DNA of 64,000 bases. It comes from Geosiphon pyriformis uo1 (taxonomy: Eukaryota > Fungi > Glomeromycota). Both the position numbers and the translations under genes were made by a program. Below the pieces are notes generated by a model, which was not told where the DNA came from, ran no database searches, and saw nothing but the letters and a program-made list of their open reading frames with translations. The stretch is taken from the NCBI GenBank assembly GCA_016748015.1, contig JAAOMT010000468.1:434001-498000 (forward strand), in the 5' to 3' direction. Positions 13,118-26,282 of the stretch are shown piece by piece. The number at the start of each line of letters is the position of its first letter. Position 1 is the stretch's first letter.

Positions 13118-14440
13118 ATGTCATTATGACATTGCTTTTGTGGATCAGCTCCATGATTGTCATAGTGCTATTTTTGATTGGAAAACTTTTAAATGCTGGA
13201 AGAGATTGGATCCTTGTGGTCCAGTTCTTGATTGGTTCAGTCTTTCTGTCCTCTTCATCAATAATGTAACTTCTTCTCCTGTTTGTCCTTCTAGTCTTGG
13301 AGATGCTGATGGCTTTTTGAGTATTCTTGAGCCATAAGAGTTTAAGTCAGTATGTAATCAGTTGTCTTATGTTAAGACTTGTTGTCTGTTTGTCTACACA
13401 GATAGTTCTCTGAAAGATTTAGGCATCTTACAAAGGAAAGCTGGTGCTGCTGTCTTTTTTGAGGACATTGGTCTGGATTTGGGTGTAGAGATTTCTGGTT
13501 TGTTGTTTTTTACTTTAATGAAGCTACAGGCCATAGCTTTAGCATTAGAATATGCTTCTCCTTTTAGCTTGATATGCTTATATTTTGATAATCAGGCTGC
13601 TTTGAATGCATACAAATTGGAACTGTGTCTAGTTTGCCCAGATTTTTGCAATTGATATTGGGTGGAGCATTAGCATATTGTGGACATTATCCATTACAAA
13701 AACTTGAGAGTAGAGTGGCTTAAAGTAAAAGATCACTCAGATGTTGTGAGGAATAAGTGTGTAGATGTTTTTGTTGCTGTTGCTTTCCTTTTTGATTGGT
13801 TTTTTCCCTTCCAATTGAAAAGACACTGCCTTTTGGCTGGTGGTAATCTCATTTCTGGTAATTCTAGTAAATCTGTTCATTGGGTGCATTGGGAAGTTGG
13901 TTCCAGTTCCAAAATTTTAGTGAGTGATTTAATATTAGACATTGATTGGTTGAGTTTTTTTCAGTATGGCATCCTGATTTGCATATGGCTGTGGGTTTCA
14001 TAAGCAAACTCTCTGCTGGCTTGTATATGTATTTTATGAAGGCCTTATATTATCAGCTGCCTGTTGCTGTTCGGAAGTGACTCTACTCCAGGCACTACTC
14101 TAGTGTTTTGTGTTTGTTTTGTAGTGATGTGGAGGTTTTTGATCATGTTTTCTCTTGCAAAATTGATTTCCCTTCCCATTGTCAGTTGTTAAATACTTAT
14201 GCAGCTTTCTGGGAACTGATTTCTAGTCTCTTGTATTCCTCTTTCTGTGTGTTTCAGCTTTTGTTGTCATGTACTTCCAATGTTTTTGTGTTTACAGTCT
14301 TCTGCAAAGGCTTTGTTTTTAATGATTGGTTTCAAGAAATGGTGTTTGTCTTTTATGATCCTAAACTTACAAGTTGAAGAATTGTGGATTTTGTGCATGC
14401 TCTTGGCCTCAGCTTCAAGAATTGTGTCTGGTTGGTTCAT
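13118..14440 (+). mobile_element. LINE ORF2 3' fragment (RNase H, Zn finger), interrupted by Gypsy B
   Basis: YTDSS, KLQAIALALE, WLKVKDHS, CLFCSDVEVFDHVFSC; the reading frame resumes at 29928. Confidence 0.9.
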
Positions 14441-15331
14441 TGTTATTCATAAAAAAAAACAAATATAGAAAAAATAGTAGACCAATAAGAAAATAATAGT
14501 AACACATAAGCATATTGCTCAGCAATGTAGAGCAATATCAGAAATTATAGCACATTGCTTAGCAATATAGAGCAATGTCAGAAATTATGGCATATTGCTT
14601 AGCAATATGAAGCAATATCAGAAATCATGGCATATTGCTCAGCAATGTGAGCATTGCTTAAGAAATTATGGAACATTGCTCAAGAATGTGAGTGATCTCA
14701 TAAAACCCAAATTATGTATATATAGTGGTAACATTAGAAGTAGTAAAAAACAAACCTTCCAACTTAGATTTCATCTCAGCAACCTTCCAGTCACAAATAT
14801 TGATAAATAAATATTCACTATCTCAATCTACTCTCCACTATTAATCTTTTATATTGATAGTAATTAATACTTAACCATACTGGAACAATAGCTCTTGATC
14901 ATGGCTATTGACAGGATACTAACTTGCAATTGCTTTTACTTGTTTCTTTATTCTCTTTTATTTTTTATTTTTTATTTTTTTTGTTATTTCTTTGGTTTTT
15001 TTACTAAATTGATTAAAAATTATGCACTGAGATATAGACGTCATAGGAACTGGTAAAAGACCTGTGAAACAAGGGTAAAACACTCATAGATTTGAGGACA
15101 GCTTACCAGGAAGATTACCAGCCACCACACTAAGAAAGAAATTTGACAAAACTGTGGTTTTGGAAAGCTACAGATAAAACCAACACTTAAATCTCTGTTT
15201 ATTATACAAAGAACTCTACACTAAAACCTTCAAATTCATCAAACCTTTGGATATTAGCACTAGAAAACCAATTGAGCACCAAGTTATAGATTTGTTATTT
15301 GCCTTGAGACTCCAAATAATCATCTGTAACA
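14441..15331 (+). repeat. 5' LTR of Gypsy B
   Basis: TGTTAT...GTAACA termini; direct repeat of 29115-29927; ~40-bp tandem units in U3. Confidence 0.92.
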
Positions 15332-15359
15332 TTTGATGCTCTTTGTAAGGTATAATCTT

Positions 15360-17726
15360 ACAGAAAACAGCACCAACAACAATCATCCAAAGGTGGCAGA
15401 ATCAGAGATCATAGAAGCAAACCACTTAGAATTTGCCAAATTCTTATTCCAATAGTACAGCCAACAATTAGGACTAAACAATAACTACTTCCTAGCAGAA
15501 TTTGTCTTCAACTTCTACATCAACAATAAAATTACAGACTGCTTAGAAGGAACAGTTAACATTGAATCTGCAAGAGAAAATTTCTATACAGAATTATTTC
15601 AACATACCAGCTTACCAAGAAACTACAGTTTTGCACCAATCATCAAAGAAATCAATCAAATTATTGAAAGGTACACACAACAACAATTCCCTATCACTTA
15701 TGTAGACAAAGGCAAAAGAAGATTGCAAACACCAGCAGTAACCCCAAAACAAATACAACCATCTACTTGGAAGAAAACCAGAGTTGAATTACCAACAAAC
15801 CCATCATATTACTATACACCTGAAAGCGCTATTAACATCTCATTAACAGGTGTGTTCATATTACACATAACATTAACATTTGGACAACTCCCATTTTAGA
15901 GTAAATAAAAGAAAACAGAGTTACTAGGAACTTACAACAACTACTTTGAAGGATTTAAATCACAATTCCAACACTATTAGGATTCTGATCACCACCATCT
16001 CAACCAGATTTTGGAAATGTGAGTCCCTGGAAGATAACAGAATCAGAAGGAGAACAGAAAAAAGAAGCCAAAGACCAAGAATTTACTTACCAGAACTCAA
16101 TCTTAGAGAATCCAGAAGTTGAAACTCCGAACAGTAAAACCCAGCAAACTCAAAACAATCCAAACACCAAAGCAATTAATCAGCAAAACTTATCTTCAGT
16201 AATTGTTATAGATCAACCACCAATTAAACCGATTATTGAACCAATTCAACAGTAGCCACTTCAACTATCTTAACAACTACAGCAGCCGCTTTAACAGTTA
16301 CAACAACAACTTCAACAACTGAACTTAGATCCAATGGCCTATGCTCCAATAGCAAAACTCGAGAAATTCACTGATAAAGAAGATGACATCCAAATATGGC
16401 TTAACAATATTGAAAAAGCCATTATGACCAATGGATAGAATGATGTGAGAGCACTCCAAGCCATTCCTTATTTCTTATAGAATACTATCAACTCGTGATA
16501 TCAAAGTTTAGTTGCCAAATCTCAAACATTCTAGAAATTCAAAGTTGCATTTCTGGAATATTTCAGTAATAATAACAGTATTAATTGCCTAGCCAACACC
16601 TTCATCACAATCAAACAAGAAAAAACTAAAGCAGTTACTACTTACTTGAGACATTTCCACAGAAATTTGCACCAAATCCAAGCAATCTAAGCTGACTATT
16701 TTACAGCACCTCAGATTCTAAACCAGTTCATTTGTGGACTGTGCAGTAACATCCTTCAATGTGTACACCCAATACATTCAGCAGACCTTCAAGCTACAGT
16801 TACAAATGCCAGAGATTTTAAAACAGCTGAACTCAAAGCTAACCATGTTTAAGCCATCAATTTAGTAATGAACAAATTATCTGAATTGGATTTTAAGTTG
16901 AAACAATTCAGTAATTTCATCAACCAAAAATTAGAAGAATACTTAGCTAACAATCAGGCAATCTATCAACCTTTACAACAATACAATAATCAAAGAAACA
17001 TGAATCATTTTCAGAATCAGTTGTATCTATCATCCTCAACCAATCAACAGTGACAACAGAAGATGCGTGTTTGCCACTACTGTGATAAACAAGGACATTT
17101 AAAGATTGACTGTAGGTTAAGAATAGATAACCAATGATCAAGAAATCAATATCAAAATCCTGATTACTGGTTTCCAACTCTGAATTACCAATCCAATCCA
17201 ACACCATATCAACTGACTTACTTGCCAATGATGCAACAGCCAATATATCAACCACTTATATATCAATCTCCAGTTTATTAACCACAGCCACTAGTAATAT
17301 ATCAACCACTGCAGTCACAAATAATTTATCAGACACCCGCAGTTCAAACACTGCCATTAAACCTAGCTCAAATAACATCAGGAAACCCTAGATTAAGAGT
17401 TACCCAAAACTGGAGATTGGCAATGGTTGTTTACCAACTGATTCCCAGTTCATTCAACCAACCATCAAGATTACAACAGTGGAGTTCAAGAACCAGATAC
17501 ACTCAAAATCTGAGTTCCCAAAACTATTTAAGTCTTCTGGTTATTCCAGAAAATGCCTCACCCAACAACCAGAAACCCAAACAGAAACAACTACTTACCA
17601 ACAATATTCTGCCAGCCACCATCACAGAAGACAAGTCCCTAGCAGCTATATTTCCTTTTGAAATCGAGAAACTGACAGAAATCTTGTTGTTTAATAAAGT
17701 TGCACTTGAGGAAAAACATATCATGA
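15360..17726 (+). pseudogene. Gypsy B gag and pre-protease region, decayed
   Basis: MAYAPIAKLEKF capsid start near 16333; CHYC-KQGHLKIDC knuckle near 17072; colinear with 18630-20990. Confidence 0.85.
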
Positions 17727-18606
17727 TGTTATTCATAAAAATAGAGGAATTATATTAGTATATAAATTAGCCAATCAGAAATAGACGCAGTAAAAATGTG
17801 GAATTCTAGGATTTCTTTCAGGAATTGCAGGATTCCAGGAATTTCAGGATTCTTCAAGAAAAATTGCAGAATTCCAGAATTCCAGAATTCCTCTCATCAG
17901 AAATTGCAGGATTCCAGAAATTTCAGAATTTCTGTCATGAAGAATTGAGAAATTGAGGAATCTCAATTATGTATATATAAGAATAGTGTTAGAAGCAGAA
18001 AAAAAGACATCTGAGTTTAGATTTAATGCAAGCACTCTTCCACATCACAAATATCAATAAATAACTATTTCCATATCTCAATTTATCTCCCACTATCAAC
18101 TTCATGTTGATAGTAACAAATACTTAACCACGCTGGAACAATAGCTCTTGATTACGGCTATTAACAAGATACTAATCAAAATTGCCTTGGCTCATCTCCT
18201 TATTTTATTTCTGTTTTTTTTTATTTCTTTTCTTTATTTTATTTTCTTTGTTGTTGTATACTAATTAATTAAAAGATTGAGCACTGAGTTATTGATGTTA
18301 AGGATAGCCTGGTAAAAGACCCAGAAATAAGAGTAGAATTTTATATATTATTAGATAGCTTACTAGAAGGGCACAACTATCAGACTAAATATGGTTACCA
18401 TGCTGAGAGAGAAATTGGGAAAACTCTTGGAAGCATACATCTACTATTAATGCTATTGAATCTTTGTCTATTATACAAAAGACTCGCACTAAAACCTTCA
18501 GATACAAAAACCTTTAGATTACCCACATCCACATTCATAATAGCTTTTGAGCACCAGGTTACAGATTTGTTATTGAATTTAACAGCAGAAATAATCATCT
18601 GTAACA
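17727..18606 (+). repeat. 5' LTR of Gypsy C
   Basis: TGTTAT...GTAACA termini; same length as 26959-27838. Confidence 0.95.
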
Positions 18607-18625
18607 TTTGGTGTTCTCTGTAAGG
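18607..18625 (+). promoter_or_regulatory. Primer binding site (TTTGGTGTTCTCTGTAAGG)
   Basis: TGG-containing motif right after the LTR; equivalent TTTGATGCTCTTTGTAAGG at 15332. Resembles the complement of an elongator Met or Ile(UAU) tRNA 3' end; the tRNA is not identified. Confidence 0.7.
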
Positions 18626-18629
18626 TATA

Positions 18630-21430
18630 ATCCTACAGAAAACCAGCACCAACAACACCAAACCAAAAAGTGGCAGAATCAGAAAGAATAGGAGCCAACC
18701 ATTTAGGATTCACAAAATCCCTATTCCAACACTATTGTTAACACTTGGGATTGACCAACAATCATCTATTAGCAGAATCAGCTTTCAATTTCTACGTCAA
18801 CAAAAGAATTTCCTATTATCTGGGAACCCCAGTAGATACAGAGTCAGCAAGAGAAAACTTTTACAATGAATTAATTCAACAGACTAGCCTACCAATAAAC
18901 CACAATTTTGCATCAATCATCACTGAAATTAACAGAGAAATTGAAAATTACACTCAACAAAGATATCTGATTACCTACGCAAAAGGCAAAGAAAAGCTAC
19001 AAACACCAGCAGTAACACTCAAGGAAATACAAGTACCTAATTAGAAGAAACAAAGGATTGAATCCCCAATATATCCATCATATCACCACACACCTGGAAG
19101 TACCATCAACATCACATCAACAAGCGCATCCACCAGCACAAAAACACCAATAGCTAGAATTTTCTTCCAAAGTAAACAAGCAAAAGTCGACCTATTAGGA
19201 ACATATGGTGATTATTTCGAAGGATTTAAATCATGATCACCAACACCATCAAGATTTTGATCACTGCCACATCAGCCAGATTTCGGAACTACTAGTCCCT
19301 GGGAAGTAACTGAATCAGAAGAAAAAGGAAACAAAGATTAGGAATTTAATTACCAAAACCCGATCCTAGAAAACCTGAACATTCAAACTCAGCAACATTT
19401 AGAAAATCCAGAAATCAAAACTCCGAATATTTAAAACCCGCCAAATCAAAAAAATCAAAACCCCAATTTAATTCATCAGCAAAACCTACCTCCAGTTATT
19501 GTCATCAATCAAACACAAATTGAGCCAATCAGTGAGCCAATTTAACCACCTCAAGTACCATTTCAGCAACTGATTCAACCAGTTTAACAAATGGCCTACA
19601 CACCCATCGCCAAAATTAAGAAGTTCACTGGCGAGAAAAATGATGCCCAAGTATGGCTTAATGATGTCGAGAAAGCCATCGTAGCCAATAGATGGAATGA
19701 TGCATATGCTCTACAGGCCATTCCATATTTTTTTCAGGATACTGCTAACTCATAGTACCAAAGCTTGATTAACAAGCCCCAGGATTTTGCCACATTCAAA
19801 CAGGAATTTCTCCAGTACTTTAATAATAATAACAGTATTAATTGCCTAGCCAACACTTTCACCAGCATTAGACAAAGAGAAACAGAATCAGTTACCACTT
19901 ATTTGGGATGCTTCCATTGCAATCTACACCAAATCCAAGCCATAGAGTTAACTACTTCACAGTGCCACAAATTCTGAACCAGTTTATTTGCTGCTTACGC
20001 AGCAACATCTTGCAACATGTACGTCTATTACATCCAGCCAACCTTCAAGCAGCAGTTACACATGCCTGAGATTTCAAATCAGCTGAACTTGAAGCCAACC
20101 ATGCTTAAGCCATAAACCTAGCAATGAACAAATCATCTGAATTGGATTTTAAATTGAAACAATTTAGTGATTCCATCAATCAAAAATTAGAAAGATACTT
20201 AGCTAACAATTGAACAATCTATCAACTACTACAATGACACAACAATCAGAGAAACTCCAATTGTGTCCAAAATCAGTCACATCTATCATCTTCAGCCAAT
20301 TGACAGTGGCAACAAAAAATGCATATTTGCCACTATTGTAGTAAACAAGAACACATACAAGTCAATTGCTGTCAGTGTTTAAATAACCAATGGTCAGGAA
20401 ATCAATATCGAAACCCCGATTGCTGGTTCCAAACTCCGAGTTCCCAGCAAAATTAAGAACAATACCAATACTTATCTCATTATGCACCAATGATGCAACA
20501 ACCAATTTATCAACCACCAATATATCAAGCCCCAATTTATCATCTACTGCCACAAGTAATGTATCAACCACAACCACTAACAATTTATCAACCCCAAATG
20601 GTTCAGATACTGCCACAAAACTTCCTTGCCAGCAAAGTCCAAAGGCCAAAAATCACCCAACAAAACTGGCAATCATTGATAATAGTCCATCAATTGGTCC
20701 CCAGCTCATCAACCCAACAATCAGGATCTTAACAGTGGAATTCAGGCACTGGTTATTCTCAAAACCTGAATTCCCAGCACTATTTAAGTCTTCTGGTTAC
20801 CCCAGAAAACACTTCATCCGACAAACCGGAACTCAACCAACAATCATCACTCACCAGCAATATCTTACCAGCAACCATTACTGAAGACCAGTCCCTAGCT
20901 GCAATTTTTCCATTTGAATTTGAAGAACTGTCCAACACCCCATTATTTAGTAGAGTCACTCTCAACAAAAAGCCCATCATAGCAATGTACACTAATGCTA
21001 AAGTTGATGGTCAATCCATCAAATTGATCCTTAACAGTGGGTCAGCAGACAGCATCATTACATGACAACTTATGGACCAATTAGGTTGCCAAGTTGATTG
21101 CGCTGCCAGCACCAGAATTATTACAGCCAATGGAGCAACCAAAATGCCTATTGGCAAGATAGATGACTTTCCATTTGACGTCAATGACATTGTCACTCTC
21201 ATTAAAATCTTGGTGATGGAAGCCACCCAATACCAAGCTCTTGTTGGTAATGACTGGCTGTCCAAAGCCAATGCAACACTAGACTGGAATATCCAAGAAC
21301 TCCAGCTAGCATTCAATGGTCAACATACATGGGTGCCAGTCACATGTGGCCACTTCAAAGCCTCCTCAAGTGAACGGCTATTGATTAAGCTAGAAGAAGA
21401 AGAAGCAAAACCTATCTGGGAAGCTTACCA
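18630..21430 (+). pseudogene. Gypsy C gag and aspartic protease
   Basis: Capsid-like region (KFTGEKNDAQVWLNDVEKAI), CHYCSKQEHIQVNC knuckle, LILNSGSA (decayed DSG), ALVGNDWL. Confidence 0.88.
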
Positions 21431-22569
21431 AGTCTTGTGGACCAATAATGACCACAACAAGTTGCCACCTATTTTACCTTGGAACGACAAAGGAAAAAAG
21501 AAAAAAAAAGAACTTGCCTGGAAATCAAACTTAGGAGCATGGAGTGATAACAGCCAGAGTGAAACAACCACTAAATGGAGTTGAGAAGAAAAAAGAAAAG
21601 GAAAGAAATAAGAAGAAAAGCCAACACTAGCCAATAAATCAACTTATGTCCCATACACCTACCAACCACCAGCTCAATACCATCAACCCAAGCTAGTGTG
21701 TGTTAATTACAGTAAGAAATTGTCATCAATGGGCGCATGTTGCAACAAAAATGAGGAATGGTCTACTGTAACCAAATACTACTGTCATCCATGTGTTCTT
21801 GAACATGATGGATGGCCACCAAAAATAGGAAAATAGGACAGTACCTTGTGTTTAGCTTGTGGAGATATTCTCTTAGATGAAGGGATGTGGAAAGACATTC
21901 TTGGAAGAAGAGGAGCATGCAACGAGACATGCCAATACACAATCCTGATCAACAACTGAGTATGAAAGAGAATCTCAATCGATAACATCTGGAAAAGAGT
22001 GTTATGACAATTGGAAGGATATCCACACGACGAAAATGAGATTTGGAAGATGGTCTACACAATGACGGAAAGAGCTACAGTTGAGGAACTAAGAGAAATC
22101 AAGAACAATCTACTATTACTTCCTGAGCCAGAATATGACCTAACAGGTAACATATTAGACAAAGTCATGAATGATCCAGAAGAATTCCAGGAGTGTTATC
22201 AAAATCTAGCATCCATAAGAGAAGAACAAAAAGAGTGTTTAGCACAGTTAAATACTTGACTATGTGACTACTGTTTGATCTTATGTGATTTTTAATATTG
22301 TAATGAGTGTGATCTCATTTACAATCCACCACTACACATGATCTACATGATCCCAGAAGAAGAAGAGCCAATCAGCAGCTGCTTATCGGAATCAGAATCA
22401 CCAATCAATTGTGATTTAAACTCTAACGACAATGACGACAACAAAAACACCAGTTCAAACTTCATTCACAAAAGCAACAATTGGAACTCAAATTCAAATT
22501 CCAATTCAAAATACGAACAATATATCGCACTCCCTGACCTCTCTAAAGAACAAGAGCTTAAATGGTTTA

Positions 22570-22985
22570 GTGATAATGATGAAGGTATTATGCCAGAATG
22601 CGTGCATAATACTGATGCAGGGTTTGATCTGAGGTATCCAGGGAAAAATGCCATCAAATTGGAACCACACTTGCACACCAGCATTGATTTGAAAGTAGCA
22701 ATGGAGATCCCAGCTACCACTATGGTTCTACTAGCATCTAAGAGTAGTTTAGCAAAGAAGGAAGTCAACATCAGAAGAGGAATAATTGATGCAGAATATG
22801 TAGGAAATATCATTGCTATGCTACAAAATGACTCAGAAAAGGCTTATACCATTGAGCCAAATGAAAAGATAGTACAGGCCATATTCTTGCCATTAGTTAA
22901 AATAGCTAGCTTAGTGTCAGTGGAAACAAGGGAGGAATTAGGGATAACTACAAGAGAGACACAGAGATTCAGATCCATGGGTAGA
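22570..22985 (+). pseudogene. dUTPase domain in Gypsy C pol
   Basis: All five trimeric dUTPase motifs recognisable: DAGFDL, SKSSLA, GIIDAEYVG, IVQAI, RETQRFRSMG (decayed RGxxGFGSTG). Confidence 0.92.
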
Positions 22986-23439
22986 ATAAATGTGCCAGTC
23001 AATATGATAGAAGAAGAGATCATTGACAAGAGAGAAATTATCTCCACCAGTCAAACAATCTCCATTCCACCATATGGCCAGCACATGGTAATCATAAAGC
23101 GAAAAGTAAAGGATCAGTTGCAGATTTTCAAAGCCAAACCAGCTTTTTGTGAATCAGGAGAGATTGGACTTGTCAATCTTTATATACTCGTCAAGAACCA
23201 CAACCACATTAAAATTTCCATTTACAACAACACTGGAAATATCATCGAGATTCCAGCCGAAACAATAATTGGATACTTAAGCACAGAAATAGAGAATTAG
23301 CCACAATACTATGTTCCAGACTTTCCACAACTTTGTGGATATGTAGATATTACATCACAAACAATATATGGACAAAATGAATGTTATTTGTTCCAACCAG
23401 AACAATTGAACCAAATGAACATGAGCAACTTAGACCCAC

Positions 23440-26196
23440 TTCAAAGAATGCAGCTCAAGATGTTGCTCAACAACTTTAATGACATCTTTGCCAGTAAAAA
23501 TAAATTCAGCAGAACTGACATTATCCAGCATCAGATTAAGACTGGAAATGCAATGTCAATTAAACAGAGGACATACAGAGCGCCACCTGCCAGCCATGAG
23601 ATCATTTGTCAAGAAATCAACTAGATGCTTGACAATAGGCTAATTCAGCCATCAATGAGCCCATGGTCATTACCAGTGGTACTTGTCCATAAGAAAAATG
23701 GAAAAATTCACTTTTGTGTAGATTATAGGAAACTCAATGATATAACTCGTGGGGACAGTTATCCAACTTCTCAGATCCAGGAACTATTCGATGCTTTTGG
23801 TAGGAAGAAATGGTTCTCAACATTAGACTTGGACAGTGGTTATTGGCAAGTAGCCATGAACCTAGATGACAAAGAAAAGACTGCTTTTACCATCAGAGAA
23901 GGGAATTTCGAGTTTGAAGTCATGCCATTTGGCTTAATGAATACACCAGCCATATTTCAATGGCTAATGGAAATCATATATTGAGGCTTGCTATGGAAGT
24001 CAGTTGTAGTATACTTGGATAACACCAATGTGTTCTCAGAAATGTTCAATGATCATCTCCATCATTTACAACAGGTGTTTAAGAAACTAAAAAGAGCTGG
24101 ATTGAAGTTAAATGCTAACAAATGTTTCTTTAAAAAAACGGAACTTCAGTTTTTGGGACATGTGGTAAGCAAAAACGGCATCAAAACAGATCCAAGAAAA
24201 ATTGAAACAGTCAGAAACTTTTTGGAACCAAAGAATCTTACAGAATTAAGAGCATTTTTGGGGTTTGCTGGATATTACCAATGCTTTATCTAAAACTTTT
24301 TCAAAATAGCCCAGCCATTAAATCAGCTTTTAACAAAGAACACTAAGTATGAGTGGACCAAATCTCAACAAAAAACATTTGATATACTAAGGAAAAAACT
24401 AATCCAAGCTCCAGTACTGATATACCCCAACCACAACAAGCCATTTATGATCACCACGAATGCATCAGGTCAGGCATTAAAAGCAGTATTATCACAAAAA
24501 AGTCTGGATGAAAGAGAACATCCAGTAGCATATGCAAGCAGAGATTTGACTCCAGCAGAAAAAAACTATGGAACACCAGCACTGGAACATTTGGCTATAT
24601 ATTGGGCAGTAATCAAATGGAAAGAATACTTGAGCCAAAAATTTGATGTCTATACTGATCACAAAGGATTGACATCAATCCAGAAACAAGAATTTGGGGA
24701 TGAACACCATGCAAAATGGAAAATTGAATTATCACCATTTAATTATACAGTACATTACAAAAAAGGAAAAAACAATGGAAATACAGATGGACTGTCACAA
24801 ATGAGGCAGATCTAAGAACATTTCGACCCAAAAATATAACAAAACCAGAACAATCAACTGAAAAATAAAACAAAAAATGAACATGCAAAAATATAAACAA
24901 CTCCAACACTATATTAATACCCAATTGTTCAAGAAGAAATTATCTCAAAAGGAACAAAACCAGATAAAACAACAATCAAAATATTTTATCACTTACCAAA
25001 ATGTACTTTATCGAAAAAACAGAAAAGAGCCCAATCAACCACTCAGAGTTATCACCAAGCCAGAAAAAAAGCCAATATTATACAACATACACTCAGATCC
25101 CACAGCAAAACATTTTTATAAAGAAGCCACAATGGAAAGAGCCAGGAAAAGATACTATTGGCCATCAATGTATCCAGATATCATTCAATATGTTCAAAAT
25201 TGTGATGCTTGTCAAAGAAGAGGAGGAATAAGGCCCAGTGAACCATTAAGACCAATCAAAGTGAGACAACCATTTGATCAGATTGGAATTGACTTAATCA
25301 GACCATTGACAATCACCAGCAAAAGAAACAGATACATAGCAGTAGCCATAAACTATCTTATCAAATGGCCAGAAGCAAAAGCAATTCAAAGAGCGGATGT
25401 AGAATCCGTTGCCAAATTCGTTTATCAAAATTTGATCTGTCGACACGAATGTTCAAAAAAATTACTTTCAGACCAAGGAACTCATTTTGTGAACAGAACA
25501 TTAGCAGAATTAAGCCAAAGATTCGGAATTAAGAGACCACTATTATCACTATACCATCCACAAACCAACAGATTAGTTGAAAAATTTAACAGAACATTGT
25601 GTGAAGCGATAGCCAAACTGAGCCAAAAAAATCAGGATAATTGAGATTTATTAATACCATCAGTATTATTTGCTTACCAAACAATGAAGCAAGATACTAT
25701 ACAAGCAACACTATTTGAATTGGTATATGGTAGAACAACAACATTACTAGTTGAGATGAAAGTCAACACATATCCAACAGAATCAATAACAAAAGAAAAT
25801 TTCCAAGAAACATTGCTGAGAAGAACATATGACTTAATGGAAACTCTGGAAAACAAAAGAAGAAAAGCAGCTAACAACATACAAAAAGCACAAGAGAAAC
25901 AAAAAAAATGACATGATAATCAACTACCAGATAAACCAGTAGAATTCAAGATTGGAAACAAAGTACTTTTACATCGTACCAAAGTGGAAAAACAATGGAG
26001 TAGAAAATTTGACCCCAAATGGAATGGACCATTTCACATAGAAGAAATTCTAGAAAATAGAGCTTATAAATTAAGATTGAACAACAAAATCTTGAACAAA
26101 GCAGCACATGGAGATCGACTGAAACCATATTACAATAGAGTATTATTATCTACCAGTAATATTACACAATTAAAGGTACAGAGAATACTAGTCTGA
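23440..26196 (+). pseudogene. Gypsy C reverse transcriptase, RNase H and integrase
   Basis: SPWSLPVVLVHKK, CVDYRKLN, LDLDSGYWQ, MPFGL, YLDN; TNASG, YTDH; H..H..CDAC, GIDL, SDQG, VEKFN, WNGPF. Confidence 0.95.
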
Positions 26197-26282
26197 TCAA
26201 ATGAAATTCCATGAAATCTAGAACCAATCATTATTATTAACACCAACATGTCAAACTGATTGACAAAAGACTATATAAAAAC

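Noticed and set aside
17800-17965. Heat-shock elements (TTCnnGAAnnTTC) in LTR-C
   Set aside because: Perfect matches fall at different positions in the two LTRs and arise from decay of TTCCAGGAATTCC.
20390-20884. 164-aa Thr/Ser/Asn-rich ORF suggesting a gag-pol frameshift or overlapping gene
   Set aside because: The Q/P-rich frame continues into the protease frame; this ORF is the shifted reading of CAA/CCA-rich sequence.
26100-26260. Chromodomain at the integrase C-terminus
   Set aside because: No Y..E.I / YLVKWKG-type motif.
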